From Malacoraja senta (taxonomy: Eukaryota), in assembly GCA_038087875.1 (NCBI GenBank), contig JAXLNO010000235.1, positions 62,001 to 126,000 of the forward strand: a DNA stretch of 64,000 nt, given 5' to 3'. The position numbers and the translations under genes are program-made. Positions 1 to 10,862 of this stretch are shown here, in pieces. Position 1 is the first letter of the stretch. Each line of letters opens with the position of its first letter. The notes beneath the pieces were generated by a model. That model saw only the letters and a program-made list of their open reading frames with translations. It was not told the DNA's origin and did not search any database.

Positions 1-935
1 TCCTTTGGTAGGATGGGATTCGTGAATAGCTGTAGTATACATGACATAGCCCCAGGTGCCCTATCCCAATTCAAGGGAAATGGTTCTGGAACCAGCTGAG
101 GCTTAGCTCCGGCGCAGGCGTAGCAATTGGTGTGTTGCATACTCCTGGCCGTGTACATCATCCAGGCAAGCCAGGTGTTGGCTCCCTTCCCTCCTGTTCT
201 ATCTGCACATATCCAATACCTACCACTTTCCTGCATTTGAACACTCTGTATGCTTACATAGTTTTTTTTTTTTTTTTATTTATTAGAAGTACATTACATT
301 ACAACCACATACATTAGTACTCGTCATTTATATCTTCTTACAATTAATGTACTCCATTTATTTTTTACACTAGAAAAGGAAAAGATTGAAAGAAAGAAGA
401 AAGTGAAGGAAAAAGTGAAAGTGTAGGAAATGTGACAACAAAAAAGGACGAAGACCCTATAAGAGCAAAATTAAAAACAAAAGAAAAAGAGTTAAGAAAT
501 AGACCATAGGAGAGAAAGAGAAAGAGAAAGAGGAAAAAGAGAGAAACAAATATTTTTATGAGTATTACGTAAATGGGACATTCCAACTCTTCAACTATCA
601 TCCCCCCTTACCTGACCTCAATTTGTTTTTAAAGTACTTTTGCACCATATGTTTGTAATAATTCTATAAATGCAGACCACGTCAGGTGGAAGTGATCTGG
701 TGTACCTGCTAGGAGGAGTCTTATCTCTTCTAGGTGTAATGTTTCAAACATATTTGAAATCCACATATTTATAGTTGGTATTGGAGCCTTCTTCCAAAAT
801 TTTTGAATTAGCCTTTTTCCAGTTATTAACCCATAGTCCATTAGTTTCTTTTGAAACACATTTAGTTCTGGACCATCTTCCGTTACATAGTTGGGTAACC
901 ACCCAACACACGACCCACCAACACAAAATCTTCAT
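1..935 (-). pseudogene. env: ERV-A env 5' part (gamma-type SU with CxxC motif), split by an L1 insertion
   Basis: Manual translation of ~185-1 gives ANTWLAWMMYTARSMQHTNCYACAGAKPQLVPEPFPLNWDRAPGAMSCILQLF, a fish-ERV-type SU with CYAC. A hydrophobic signal-like start at 935 overlaps the pol stop (aaatgaag). Confidence 0.75.
262..882 (-). mobile_element. 5'-truncated L1-type LINE (ORF2 C-terminus, 3'UTR, poly(A))
   Basis: ORF 629-859 (DYGLITGKRLIQKFWK..PT..MWI..M..L.LE.IR..F..TW..FI) resembles fish L1 ORF2 ends. AATAAA and poly(A) appear as a T-run at 262-283. 8-bp target-site duplication (TSD) ttacatag at 254-261 and 883-890. Confidence 0.75.
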
Positions 936-1322
936 TTTTCCCGCGGGTTCTTGTTAAATATTAAAGTCAATGGTTCCTCTCCTTTGCGCACAGTCCACGG
1001 GCTGATATTGTTTGGTGGGGCCTCCACAGGACCCTTAAATCGGCTTGCGTGTGTCCACCCTTTTTATTTTGTTCGTACTGCTGTCTCGGTGATTAGTAAT
1101 ACTAGGTAGGGTCCAGTCCACTTAGGTTGCAGCTTTTCTTCCTTCCATTATGTTACAAGATCCCAGTCCCCCGCTTTCTCAGAATGGATTGGAAAGTCGA
1201 GATGGGGACTCTGTGCCAGCAGCCCCTTGGTTCTTAATTCTGTAATAGAACGAGATACCGCCAGTAAATAATTCCTTAGGAATACATCATTCCCTTGTAT
1301 TTGTTGGGACCCCTTCTATCTT

Positions 1323-2272
1323 TCCTAAATAATAAAGACCTAACTTGTTCAACCTTTCTCTGTGTCTTAGTTGCTGAAACCCAGTCAACATTCTAATTGA
1401 TCTCCTCTGTACTCTCTCTATTTTGTTGACATCCTTCCTATAATTATGCCTACCAAAATTATACACCATACTCCACAATTGACCTCACCAATACCTTGTA
1501 CAATTTAACATTACAACCCAACTTCTATACACAATGCTCTGATTTATAAAGGCCAACACACCAAAATCTTTCTTTACCATCCTATCTTCATGAAATTCCA
1601 CCTTCAGGGAACTATGTACAGTTATCCCTAGATCCCTCTATTCAACTTCATTCCTCAATTCACAATCATTTACCATGTACATTCAATTTTGATTTGTCCT
1701 GCCAAGATGTATCATCTCACACTTATCAACATTAAACCTATATGTCATGTTTCAACCCATTCTTCCAAATGACCTAAATCTCTCTGTACACTTTTTAAAA
1801 TCTACTTCATTATTCACAACACCACCTATCTTAGTATCATCTACATACTTATTAATCTTTTACCACACCAACATCCAGATTATTGATTCACATGACAAAC
1901 AACAGTGGACCCAACACACATCCCCGAGGTACCCCTCTAGTCACTGACCTCCAACCTGACAAACATCCATCCACCATTGCTCTCTGACATCTTCCATACA
2001 GCCAGTTTTTAATCCATCTTGCTATTCCTTACTAACCCTTATTAACCAACCTTATTTCCTTATTGAACCTTGTCAAAGGCCTTATTGAAGTTCATCTAGA
2101 CAACATCCATCACTTTACCCTCATCAATATCCCTAATAACCTTTTCAAAAAATTCAAGATTAGTCAAACATCACAATCACAAATCCATGCTAATTCTTCC
2201 TAATCCTACCCTATTCTTATATATTGTCTTAAGTATGCTTTCCATTATTTTGCCCACCACTGATATCAAACA
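1323..2272 (-). mobile_element. Degenerate CR1 LINE RT fragment
   Basis: ORF 1287-1478 contains KDVNKIERVQRRSIRML..LNKLGLY. The DNA is homologous to the CR1 copy at 31200-32825. Confidence 0.85.
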
Positions 2273-4660
2273 ACGTTCTTGTTCAAACTCTACTCTTTTC
2301 TCACATCATTGTCCTCCTGTTCACTTACCTCAGGCTATTATCTATTCATACCTGCGGGACAGCCCTCAGGTATTATTGAAATGGTACCAGGTATATCAAC
2401 CTTCTACCTGAACATCGGTCGGTAGTTTAGAAAACTCATACATACACCTTGTCTTCAGGTTTAAAGGGTCCTTCCTCCTGGTGCACCGCCAACAGCTTTT
2501 ACTTTTCCTGTTCATAAATAGACTTGTATATCATAATTAACTGTTTCATATACTTTTTAAATTCTATCTTTAACTGTTCCAAACTCGGTCTCTTGTAGGG
2601 ACCTCTCCATTGTGCCACCTGCTCGGTTAGTTTGCATGCAAAATCTCTTCAGTGCCAATGGCAGGGCATCGATCCAATTCAACTTTGTAATTAAACAAAT
2701 CTTATTTATATTAACCTTCAATGTTCCATTTATTCTTACATACCCAAATATGTATTTAACTCTAAGGGTCTCTATCGCCAACTTAGCTACTCCCTAAATG
2801 AAAACAATCCGTTGTCAAAGCTGATTTCTGTAGGTCTACCAAACCTCTTAATTACCTTATTCATCATAAACGACACTACAGGGCTTATACCTAATCTAGT
2901 CTGAACTATATCCTGCCTTTAAACCCCTTTCTCTCTTGGGGACCCCAGTCCTGTTAGGGCTTATATCCAGAGTAATTTCATTCCTGATAGGACTTTTTGA
3001 GGAAACGTACCCCAAAGACATTCATTATTGGCATGTAATTCTCTGGCTCTGCTTGGTTCCGTCATAGGACTCACTTAGGTCCATTGTTTATTGAAACAGC
3101 TCATCCTGCTGGTTTGCAAGTCTTTTTCCTATCTTTGCGATATATCTCGACCGCAGAGACCAACTGTTCGCTGAATCTGCTTGACTTTAAGAAGAATGAC
3201 ATCCACCACAGTAGTTCATAATATAATGTTCATCAATCAACTCTCCACCTTTTCAGCTGGTTTTCCAGATAGGCTATTTGCCTTTCCTTCTTTATCTCCC
3301 CTTTGTTCCTTGGGGTTCCTCTTAAGTGGGTAACATTGTCTGAGGGTCTGCCATACCCTCTGCCTGACTGTGTCAAACAGTATGCCATTGCTTGTTACAT
3401 TGTTTGCATCAGTTTATACCATCCAGCTTCAGTTCTGTCACTTTAGTGGATCCTATCACTTTTACCAACAGTGCCTTCAAATCTTCCATGATCAATGATC
3501 GTCCCACGTTCTCCCCCTCCAAAGCCATATTCCATTTCCTCCCCCATCAGGGATATAGGGTGAGGTATTTTTTAGCCCTTTCAGTTTATGGGTGCCCCAA
3601 GGGATAATCTGTGTCTGTCCTCTCTTTTCTCTTTAAATCAGTCTCATCACTTTATCCCAATGCTTCCAACTTTAATCCTTTCTGGTATGCCTTCTTTCTA
3701 ATTCTAAACTCAATTTCTTGCTTCTCAAATATTCTAGCCTCCTTGCAAAAATCTTCCACTGACTCCTCCTGCTTTATTACTTTCACGCCTGTCGATTTCT
3801 ACTTCTGTTATCTTCTAACTGCCTCTCTCTCCTTTCTTTCTAAACTTGAATGTTTACCAATTAACTTATTTCCAATTATTTCAATCCATATTCACCACTA
3901 TTTTAAATGTCCAATTCCTAGCACTAGTAACAATTTTCCAAATTATCGTTACTGACTAGAAATCTAAAAGAACATCAGAAAAACCAAAAGCTGGTTTCAC
4001 AACTTCCCCTTCTAGGTTAAGGCCAACAAACAATTAATCGTTATCTTACAGCTGTTCGTCGCCTTTCACCATGACCTGATTTATTTAAAGGAACATACAC
4101 CTACCTACAGTGAACATTTTTGATTCTAATAAAACTTACTTACTTACTCTTACAATGTGGTCTACAAATAAATGCAACATCTTTTACATGTATTAAAACT
4201 CAAAATAACAGAATCAAATCATTTTTGTCTTCTCCAATTCCCTGGGTATTTCTCTGCCCCAGAGGCTCAGCATTCGCCCCCACGGACTATCAGGCAGAAT
4301 GCGGGGGTCGGGCTTACCGCCCTTCCTCCCTTTTGGGCTCTCCGTTTTCATTGCCCATCCTCCCGATCGGAATTTCCCCCCGATCTCTCTGCCCCCAGAT
4401 CTATTTAATCGCCCGAGTAGTACTTAATAGTCAGTTTTCTTACCCGGGTCTTGTGCACAAGAATCACTCGATTTGTCTTCTCGCGATTTCCAACTACTCC
4501 CACTTCTTTGCTGAGTCTCTGTTCTGGGATACCACTCGCCCAAACCGCTGACGACATCTAGGGGTCTAGGACCGCTGAAATCAACGGGGTGCACCGTCCT
4601 TTCTTCCGTATACCGCCGTCAGCCAGCTGGAGTGGGGATCCCGAACGAGCCCCTAAAAAT

Positions 4661-5202
4661 TGTGAGATTCAAAATCACAAACGCTTTTAGAGACAAAGTC
4701 GGCAAAGAAGCTTTTTATTTAAATCATATTCTGTAGTATAGGTGCCTCTCCTCTGATGACCCCTAGAGGCACACCGAGGATCGGGATGTCTTCTATCTTT
4801 ATACATTTCATTGGTATCATTGTCACACCCTCATCCCTCCCCATTGTGCTTCTTCCAATCATAACATAAAGCCCACATTCCCATGAGAATGTCCTGGAAC
4901 GTCCACCCGACATCAAAGCCACCTCCCATATCATGCATCGCATGTGCATTTAAATGAGACATCTTGTCATAGTGGGTGTGTGTACATATTCATGTAAGTT
5001 GATTAGGCATGCGCACAGAGAGTTGCTTCTGACCCTTACCCTAGTTCTATACCGGACGGTCTCCTTATCTTCTCTGTTCTCATCCTTGAAAAAGTCACCA
5101 TCTGTACTCGTTCTTCACTCCCCTATCCTCCCTACCATACTCCCTACTATACAAAGGGTTTCTTGTCTAAATCAACTTATACCTATTAACCCCTTCCTCA
5201 CA
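4661..5202 (-). repeat. ERV-A 5' LTR (~542 bp)
   Basis: TGTGAG...CTCACA termini. The R/U5 part is homologous to LTRs 7244-7686 and 11915-12357. The PBS follows directly on the minus strand. Confidence 0.85.
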
Positions 5203-6228
5203 TCATGGGAAAAAGCTGTTTTATGTCTGACTGTAGCAGCTTTGATAGTCCGGAGTCGCCTCCCAGAAAGAAGTGATTCAAAGTGTTTGTCGCCGGAGGT
5301 GAGCGGCAGAAAACATCTGCCAATGCAGTAGATGGTAGGTGGAGTCTGCTCTCTAATTGGTGATTGGATGGTTAGAACGTAGGGCAGTACAGCACAGGAA
5401 CGTGCCCTTCGGCCCACAATGTTTGTGCCGAACATGACGCCAGGTTAAACTCTCATCTGCCTGTAAATGATCCATATCCCTCTCTCCCCTCCACTTCCAC
5501 ATGCCCACCTAAAAGTTCTTAAACACCCGCCATATCTGCATCCACCACCTCCCCAGGTCAGGCACATGAGGCCCCCACCACTGCCCCGCGCATCCCCATT
5601 AATCTCCTTACAGCGACACCAACTAGTCTTGGACATTTCCAGCCTGGCGTTAAAAGATTCTGAGAGTCGACCCTAACTGTCCCTAAGCTCTCCCTGTAGC
5701 TGAAGCTCTCGAATCCAGGCGACAATCTGGTAAAACATTTTGTTCACAAAAAGTTAGAACGTTTTCCTCATGGAACGTTTTGTGCTGCGCACGATCGGTC
5801 TAACGCGTTCTAATGAGGGGTGGACGCACGGAACTGCAGATGCTCGTTTACATAAAAAGGCAAAGTGCTGGAGTACCTCCGCAGTCGCCGGGGGCCTGAT
5901 CTGGAGAAAGGCAGGTTTGTGATCCTGTGTGGAGGTCAGGTAAGTGGAGGAGCTTTGATTGAGCGTGTGGACCATGTGGAAGGATAAAGTGAAGCTGAGA
6001 TCTATGGGGTGAGCTGACTTATTCCAACACTTTGTGGCGCAGTGGTAGAGTTGCTGCCTTACAGCGCCAGAGACCCGTGTTCGAACCTGACCACGCGTCA
6101 TGCAAGCCATCTTATTGCACGCGTCATGAAAGCCATCTTAAATGACCACCTAAACTGTCATTTGGCAACCTAAAAAGCTGCCAAGGCTCCCCGGCTGGCA
6201 ACGGAACAAAAGTTAAGCGAGAGCCCTG

Positions 6229-6367
6229 CTCACACACACGCTCCCTCTCTCTCTCATACACACTCTCTTTCTCACACACACACGCTCCCTCTCTCTCACA
6301 CACACACACTCTCTCTCACACACACACTCTCTTTCTCTTACACACACTCGCTTCCTCACACACACAC
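6229..6367. repeat. (CA)n/(CT)n compound microsatellite
   Basis: Seen directly. Mirrored at 13165-13200 and 13455-13565. Confidence 0.9.
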
Positions 6368-7243
6368 GATGGCCGCCCAGAACTTCACGTCCCTTTGACT
6401 TCAATGGAAGTGCCTTGACCAAAGATGGCCGCCTCCCTGGGCATCGCTACCATTGTCTTCAATGGAAGACTGCCAGTAGCTAAGATGGACGCCCAGGGCT
6501 TCACTCCCAATGGACTGCAATGGCAGGCGGCCTGTAGAGAAGATGGCCACCTGCAGCACCACAGGGAAATGCCAGCATCCAAAGTGGCTTCACACTTATT
6601 GACTTCTGGCTGCCAGTAGCCAAAATGGCGGAGGCGAAGGGTGGGGGGGAGGGGAAAGAGAGAGGGGGATGGGGGGAACATGACTCTTTGGGGAAATGAG
6701 AGGAGAATAGATGGTGAACGTGGGAGAGAGAGATATAGAAGGGGTAGAGAGAGGGAGGGGGGTGTATGCGTGCGTGTCTGGGGATTGCCTATTCACCAAC
6801 CCCTCTCCCTTCTCCCCTCCCCTCGTTCCTTCCCACCCTCTCACTCTCTCTCCCTCTCTCCATCTCCCTCTCTCTCTCTCCATCTCTCTCTCTCGCTCCT
6901 CTTTTCCCGGCGGCCATTTTGTTGTCAACCTCCATAGTTGGCCAATCTTGAATCCCTCCTTAATCTCACCCCTGGAGCCCTGCTGACCTCGGGTTCTTCC
7001 CTGGGAGAGTGCCCCGTTTGGAGGGAGGGAGGGAGGAAGGGAGGGGCACGGAGGCAGACATGCTGGAGAAGCCACTTAACCCGATGGTGGCCATTTTGTT
7101 GTCAACCTCCATAGTTGGCCAATCTTCCATCCTTCCTCAATCTCACCCCTGGAGCCTTGCTGACCCCGGGTTCTTCCCCGGGAGAACGCCCCGTTCGGAG
7201 GGAGGGAGGAATTGAGAGGAAATGAGGGCGCAGAGGTGGAAAT

Positions 7244-7686
7244 TGTGAGAAAAGGGTTAATAGGGATGGTTGATTTATACTAGAACTCTGAAAAGTATAA
7301 CTTAGAAAGAAATAAGGTGTCAGCAGAAGCCAGACTGCTGGTAGAATAAAGTAACAATATACAGAACAGAGAGAAATTCTAGATAAAAAAGTAGCAAACA
7401 GATAGAAACTTCAGCAAAAGCCTTAGGAGTCTTTGACTTTGGGTGGACGTTCCAGGACGTTCTCGTGGGAATGTGGGCTTTATGTAATGATTAGAAGAAG
7501 CTCAATGTGGAGAGATGAGGGTGTGACAATAGTGAAATGAAATGTATAAAGATAGAAAGCATCTCCATCTTCGTTGTGCCTCTGGGGGACAGCAGAGGAG
7601 AGGCACCTATTCTGCAGAATATTATCTTAATAAAATGTTATTTGCCTGACTTTGTCTCTAAAGCGTTTGTGATTTTGAATCTCACA
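7244..7686 (+). repeat. ERV-B LTR (443 bp)
   Basis: TGTGAGA...TCTCACA termini, a TATA-like tataaa at ~7545 and aataaa at ~7629. Followed by the PBS. Confidence 0.88.
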
Positions 7687-7689
7687 ATT

Positions 7690-7709
7690 TGGGGGCTCGG
7701 TTCCGGGAT
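7690..7709 (+). promoter_or_regulatory. tRNA-Pro primer-binding site
   Basis: tgggggctcggttccgggat lies 3 nt after the LTR and is near-identical to the canonical Pro PBS TGGGGGCTCGTCCGGGAT. Confidence 0.85.
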
Positions 7710-8897
7710 TTAATTACTCTGGACAGCTGACGGGAGTACACGGACGAAGAGAAGGTGCCCCACGCTGAGTTCAGCGGTCTCAGATTCCTTGCTTACCGTC
7801 AGAAGGTTTGAGCGAGTGATGCCAGGACCAAACAGAGACTCGGCAAAGAAGTAAAAGTGGTTGGAGATTAGTTGGAGATCGCGAAAAGTCAATCGAGCAA
7901 TTTCTGTGCACAGAACCCAGGTAGGAATAATGACTAATAAAGTACTTACTGGGCGATTGAAAAGACCTTGTGGTTAACGCCCTGAAGGATTCAGGGGTCT
8001 GTACCGGCCAGGCAAACTGAAAAGGGAGGGGAAAAGCCTGTAGGCCAAATTCCCGCATTCTGCCCAATAGTCCGTTGGGGCAAATGCTGAACCTCTGGGG
8101 GGCAGGAAATACCCAGGGGTTGGAGTAGACAACAATGATAATGTATAGTCCGTTGGGGCAAATGCAGAGTCACAGGGGGTCAAAATACCCAGGGAAGAGA
8201 GAAGACAGGGGCCGGGGTGGACGAAGATCACCCAACCACGAGGATGGGGATTCAAAAGGGCGGAAGGGGAAGATAAGAAGATCGGTAGAAATTAGACCCC
8301 TGAGGGAGGTACCTAGGAGAGGACCCTGAGGGGGAAGGGGAATTGTTAAATAGCCTCCTAGAAGATCCTTTAGGCCTGACAAGAACAGTTAGATCAATTC
8401 CTTTTCACAGAAGGGAAAAACAAGTAGTAAAGATTATGTTGCAGGCAGTAGAAAAACAACAAATAAGGAACAGACAGAGACAGGATGATGAATGAGTTAC
8501 TCCCGAAAGTAGCAGATAAGAAGACGGCAAAGGCCGGGGACAAGAGTGCAGGACAGGGAGAAAATATAAATTTCCACTGTAGTTAAAAATACTGCAAACC
8601 ATCGGAGATTACGAACAAGCTGTAAAATTAACTCTTTGTATCCTCGTAACCTGAAAAAGGGAAGTTGTAAAAATCAGCTTTTGATTTTCTTTTAATGGTT
8701 TCTTGGTTCTTTTAGATTTCTTATCAGTAAAGTTAATTTGGAGAATTGTTACTAGTGCTAGGAATTGGACATTTAAAATAATGGCGAATATGGATTGAAA
8801 TAATTGGAAATAAGTTAATTGATGAAACATGACCAGCTTTTATGGTTTGTTGTTTTATGGTAGACATTCAAGTTGAGAAACACAGAGAGAGAGACAC

Positions 8898-9328
8898 TCT
8901 CTGTGTGAAAAAATTTCTTCTCATCTCGGTTTTAAAGGATTTCCCCTTTATCCTTAAACTGTGACCCCTTGTCCTGGACTTCCCCAACTTCCTGCATCTA
9001 GCCTGTCCAACCCCTTAAGAATTTTGTAAGTTTCTATAAGATCCCCTCTCAATCTCCTAAATTCTAGAGAGTATAAACCAAGTCTAGCCTGTCTTTCTTC
9101 ATGAGACAGTCCTGACATCCCAGGAATCAGTCTCGTGAACCTTCTCTGCACTCCCTCTATGGCAATAATGTCCTTCCTCAGATTTGGAGACCAAAACTGT
9201 ACGCAATACTCCAGGTGTGGTCTCACCAAGACCCTGTACAACTGCAGAAGAACCTCCCTGCTCCTATACTCAAATCCTTTTGCTATGAAAGCTAACATAC
9301 CATTCGCTTTCTTCACTGCCTGCTGCAC
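8898..9328 (-). mobile_element. CR1 LINE fragment with internal deletion
   Basis: ORF 8954-9328 reads KKANGMLAFI..LYRVLVRPHLEYCVQFWSP..RRLRGDLIETYK. Confidence 0.92.
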
Positions 9329-9375
9329 CTTGTGTATTTCTCCTTTGTTCCTTGGGGTTCACCTTAAGTGGGTAA

Positions 9376-9525
9376 TGACGGCATCCAACCAGAAGATGGC
9401 ACTGTGGCCTGTAGTCAGGCTGCAGTGACGGCATCCAACCAGACGATGGCACTGTGGCCGGTAGTCAGGCTGCAGTGACGGCATCCAACCAGAAGATGGC
9501 GCTGCGCCGGTAGTCAGGCTGCAGT
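9376..9525. repeat. 50-bp tandem repeat x3
   Basis: Unit tgacggcatccaaccagaagatggcactgtggcctgtagtcaggctgcag starts at 9376, 9426 and 9476. Confidence 0.9.
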
Positions 9526-9623
9526 GACAGCAGCTGACCTGCCGGTGGCACTGTTGCCGGTAAGTTTGTGAGCGTCGGCCATGTTTGTAGTCTTATTCCG
9601 GACGGCTGTATGAGTTTATATCA

Positions 9624-10415
9624 CACACAGTTACAACACATAATCCTCCGCCATTTCCGCCACCTCCAACGTGACCCCACCACTCGCCACATCTTCCCAT
9701 CTCCCCCCATGTCTGCCTTCCGCAAAGACCGCTCCCTCTTCAACTCCCTTGTCAATTCTTCCCTTCCCTCCCGTACCACCCCCTCCCCGGGCACTTTCCG
9801 TTGCCACCGCAAGAAATGCAACACCTGTCCCTTCACCTCCCCCCTCGACTCCATTCAAGGACCCAAGCAGTCGTTCCAGGTGCGACAAAGGTTCACCTGT
9901 ATCACCTCCAACCTCATCTACTGCATCCGATGCTCTAGATGTCAGCTGATTTACATCGGGGAGACTAAACGGAGGTTGGGCGATCTTTTCGCCGAACACC
10001 TCCGCTCGGTCCGCAATAACCTACCTGAACTCCCGGTGGCTCAGCACTTCAACTCCCCCTCCCATTCCAAATCCGACCTCTCTGTCCTGGATCTCCTCCA
10101 TTGCCAGAGTGAGCAACACCGGAAATTGGAGGAACAGCACCTCATATTCCGCCTGGGTAGCTTGCGTCCTGATGGCATGAACGTTGAATTCTCCCAATTT
10201 TGCTAGCCCTTGCTGTCTCCTCCCCTTCTTTAACGCTCGAGCTGTCTCCTCCCATCCCCCCGCCCTCGGGCTCCTCCTCCTCCTTTTTTCCTTCCTTCTC
10301 CCCCCCACCCCCCATCAGTCTGAAGAAGGGTTTCGACCCGAAACGTCGCCTATTTCCTTCGCTCCATAGATGCTGCTGCACCCGCTCAGTTTCTCCAGCA
10401 ATTTTGTGTACCTTC
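9624..10415 (+). mobile_element. Penelope-like retroelement 3' part (GIY-YIG endonuclease and terminal repeat)
   Basis: ORF 9568-10206 contains CNTC..NLIYCIRCSRCQLIYIGETKRRLGDLFAEH..VAQHF..RKLEEQHLIFRLGSL.PDGMN. Flanked by the 11-bp direct repeat agtttatatca (9613-9623, 10416-10426). Confidence 0.92.
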
Positions 10416-10578
10416 AGTTTATATCATCCATCTTTATCTGCCATTTAGCGGTTCGCATCACTTTTACCAATGGTGCCTTCAAATCTTTCATGGCCAATAA
10501 TTGTCCCATGTTCTCCTCTTCCAAAGCCCTAATACATTTCTTCCCCGTTCAGGGATATAGGGTGAGGCATTTTTATCT

Positions 10579-10610
<32 letters not shown>

Positions 10611-10678
10611 TTTTAGCCCTCTCAGTTTATGGGTGCCCCAACGGATAATCTGTGTCATCCCATCGTCTCCTACTTCTT

Positions 10679-10679
<1 letters not shown>

Positions 10680-10723
<44 letters not shown>

Positions 10724-10862
10724 GTGTCTCTGTCTTTCCTCTCTCTGTGTCTGGCTCTCTCTCTCTCTATGTCTGTATCTCTCTCTGTGTGTTTCTCTGT
10801 CTCTCTCTCTCTCTCTCTCTCTCCCTTTCTCTCTCTGTGTCTGTGTCTGTCTCTCTCTCTGT
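10680..10862. repeat. (TC)n/(TG)n-rich microsatellite
   Basis: Seen directly. Confidence 0.9.

Larger units (their letters stand above)
1..5202 (-). mobile_element. Decayed endogenous retrovirus (ERV-A): 5' LTR, PBS-Pro, gag/pro remnants, integrase fragments and env start; runs off the window start
   Basis: On the minus strand, in order: LTR 5202-4661; PBS taggggctcgttcgggat; gag-like remnants ~3620-3050; integrase motifs RFGRPTEISFDNG (~2850) and KLNWIDALPLAL; an integrase tail WTGPYLVLLITETAVRT..GWTHASRFKGPV (~1140-940); env start MKILCWWVVCWVV at 935. Many stops and frameshifts. No RT domain is recognisable. Confidence 0.85.
5203..8897. repeat. Left arm of inverted segmental duplication
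   Basis: Reverse complement of ~10846-14512. Mirror ORF pairs: 5172-5435(-)/14280-14519(+), 5754-6110(-)/13665-13997(+), 6596-7075(-)/12526-13178(+), 7710-7892(-)/11709-11891(+). Confidence 0.92.
7244..8897 (+). mobile_element. ERV-B fragment (LTR, PBS, leader), truncated by a CR1 fragment
   Basis: The leader is homologous to ERV-A 3850-4650. It has an internal ~78-bp direct repeat at 8068/8146. Confidence 0.8.
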
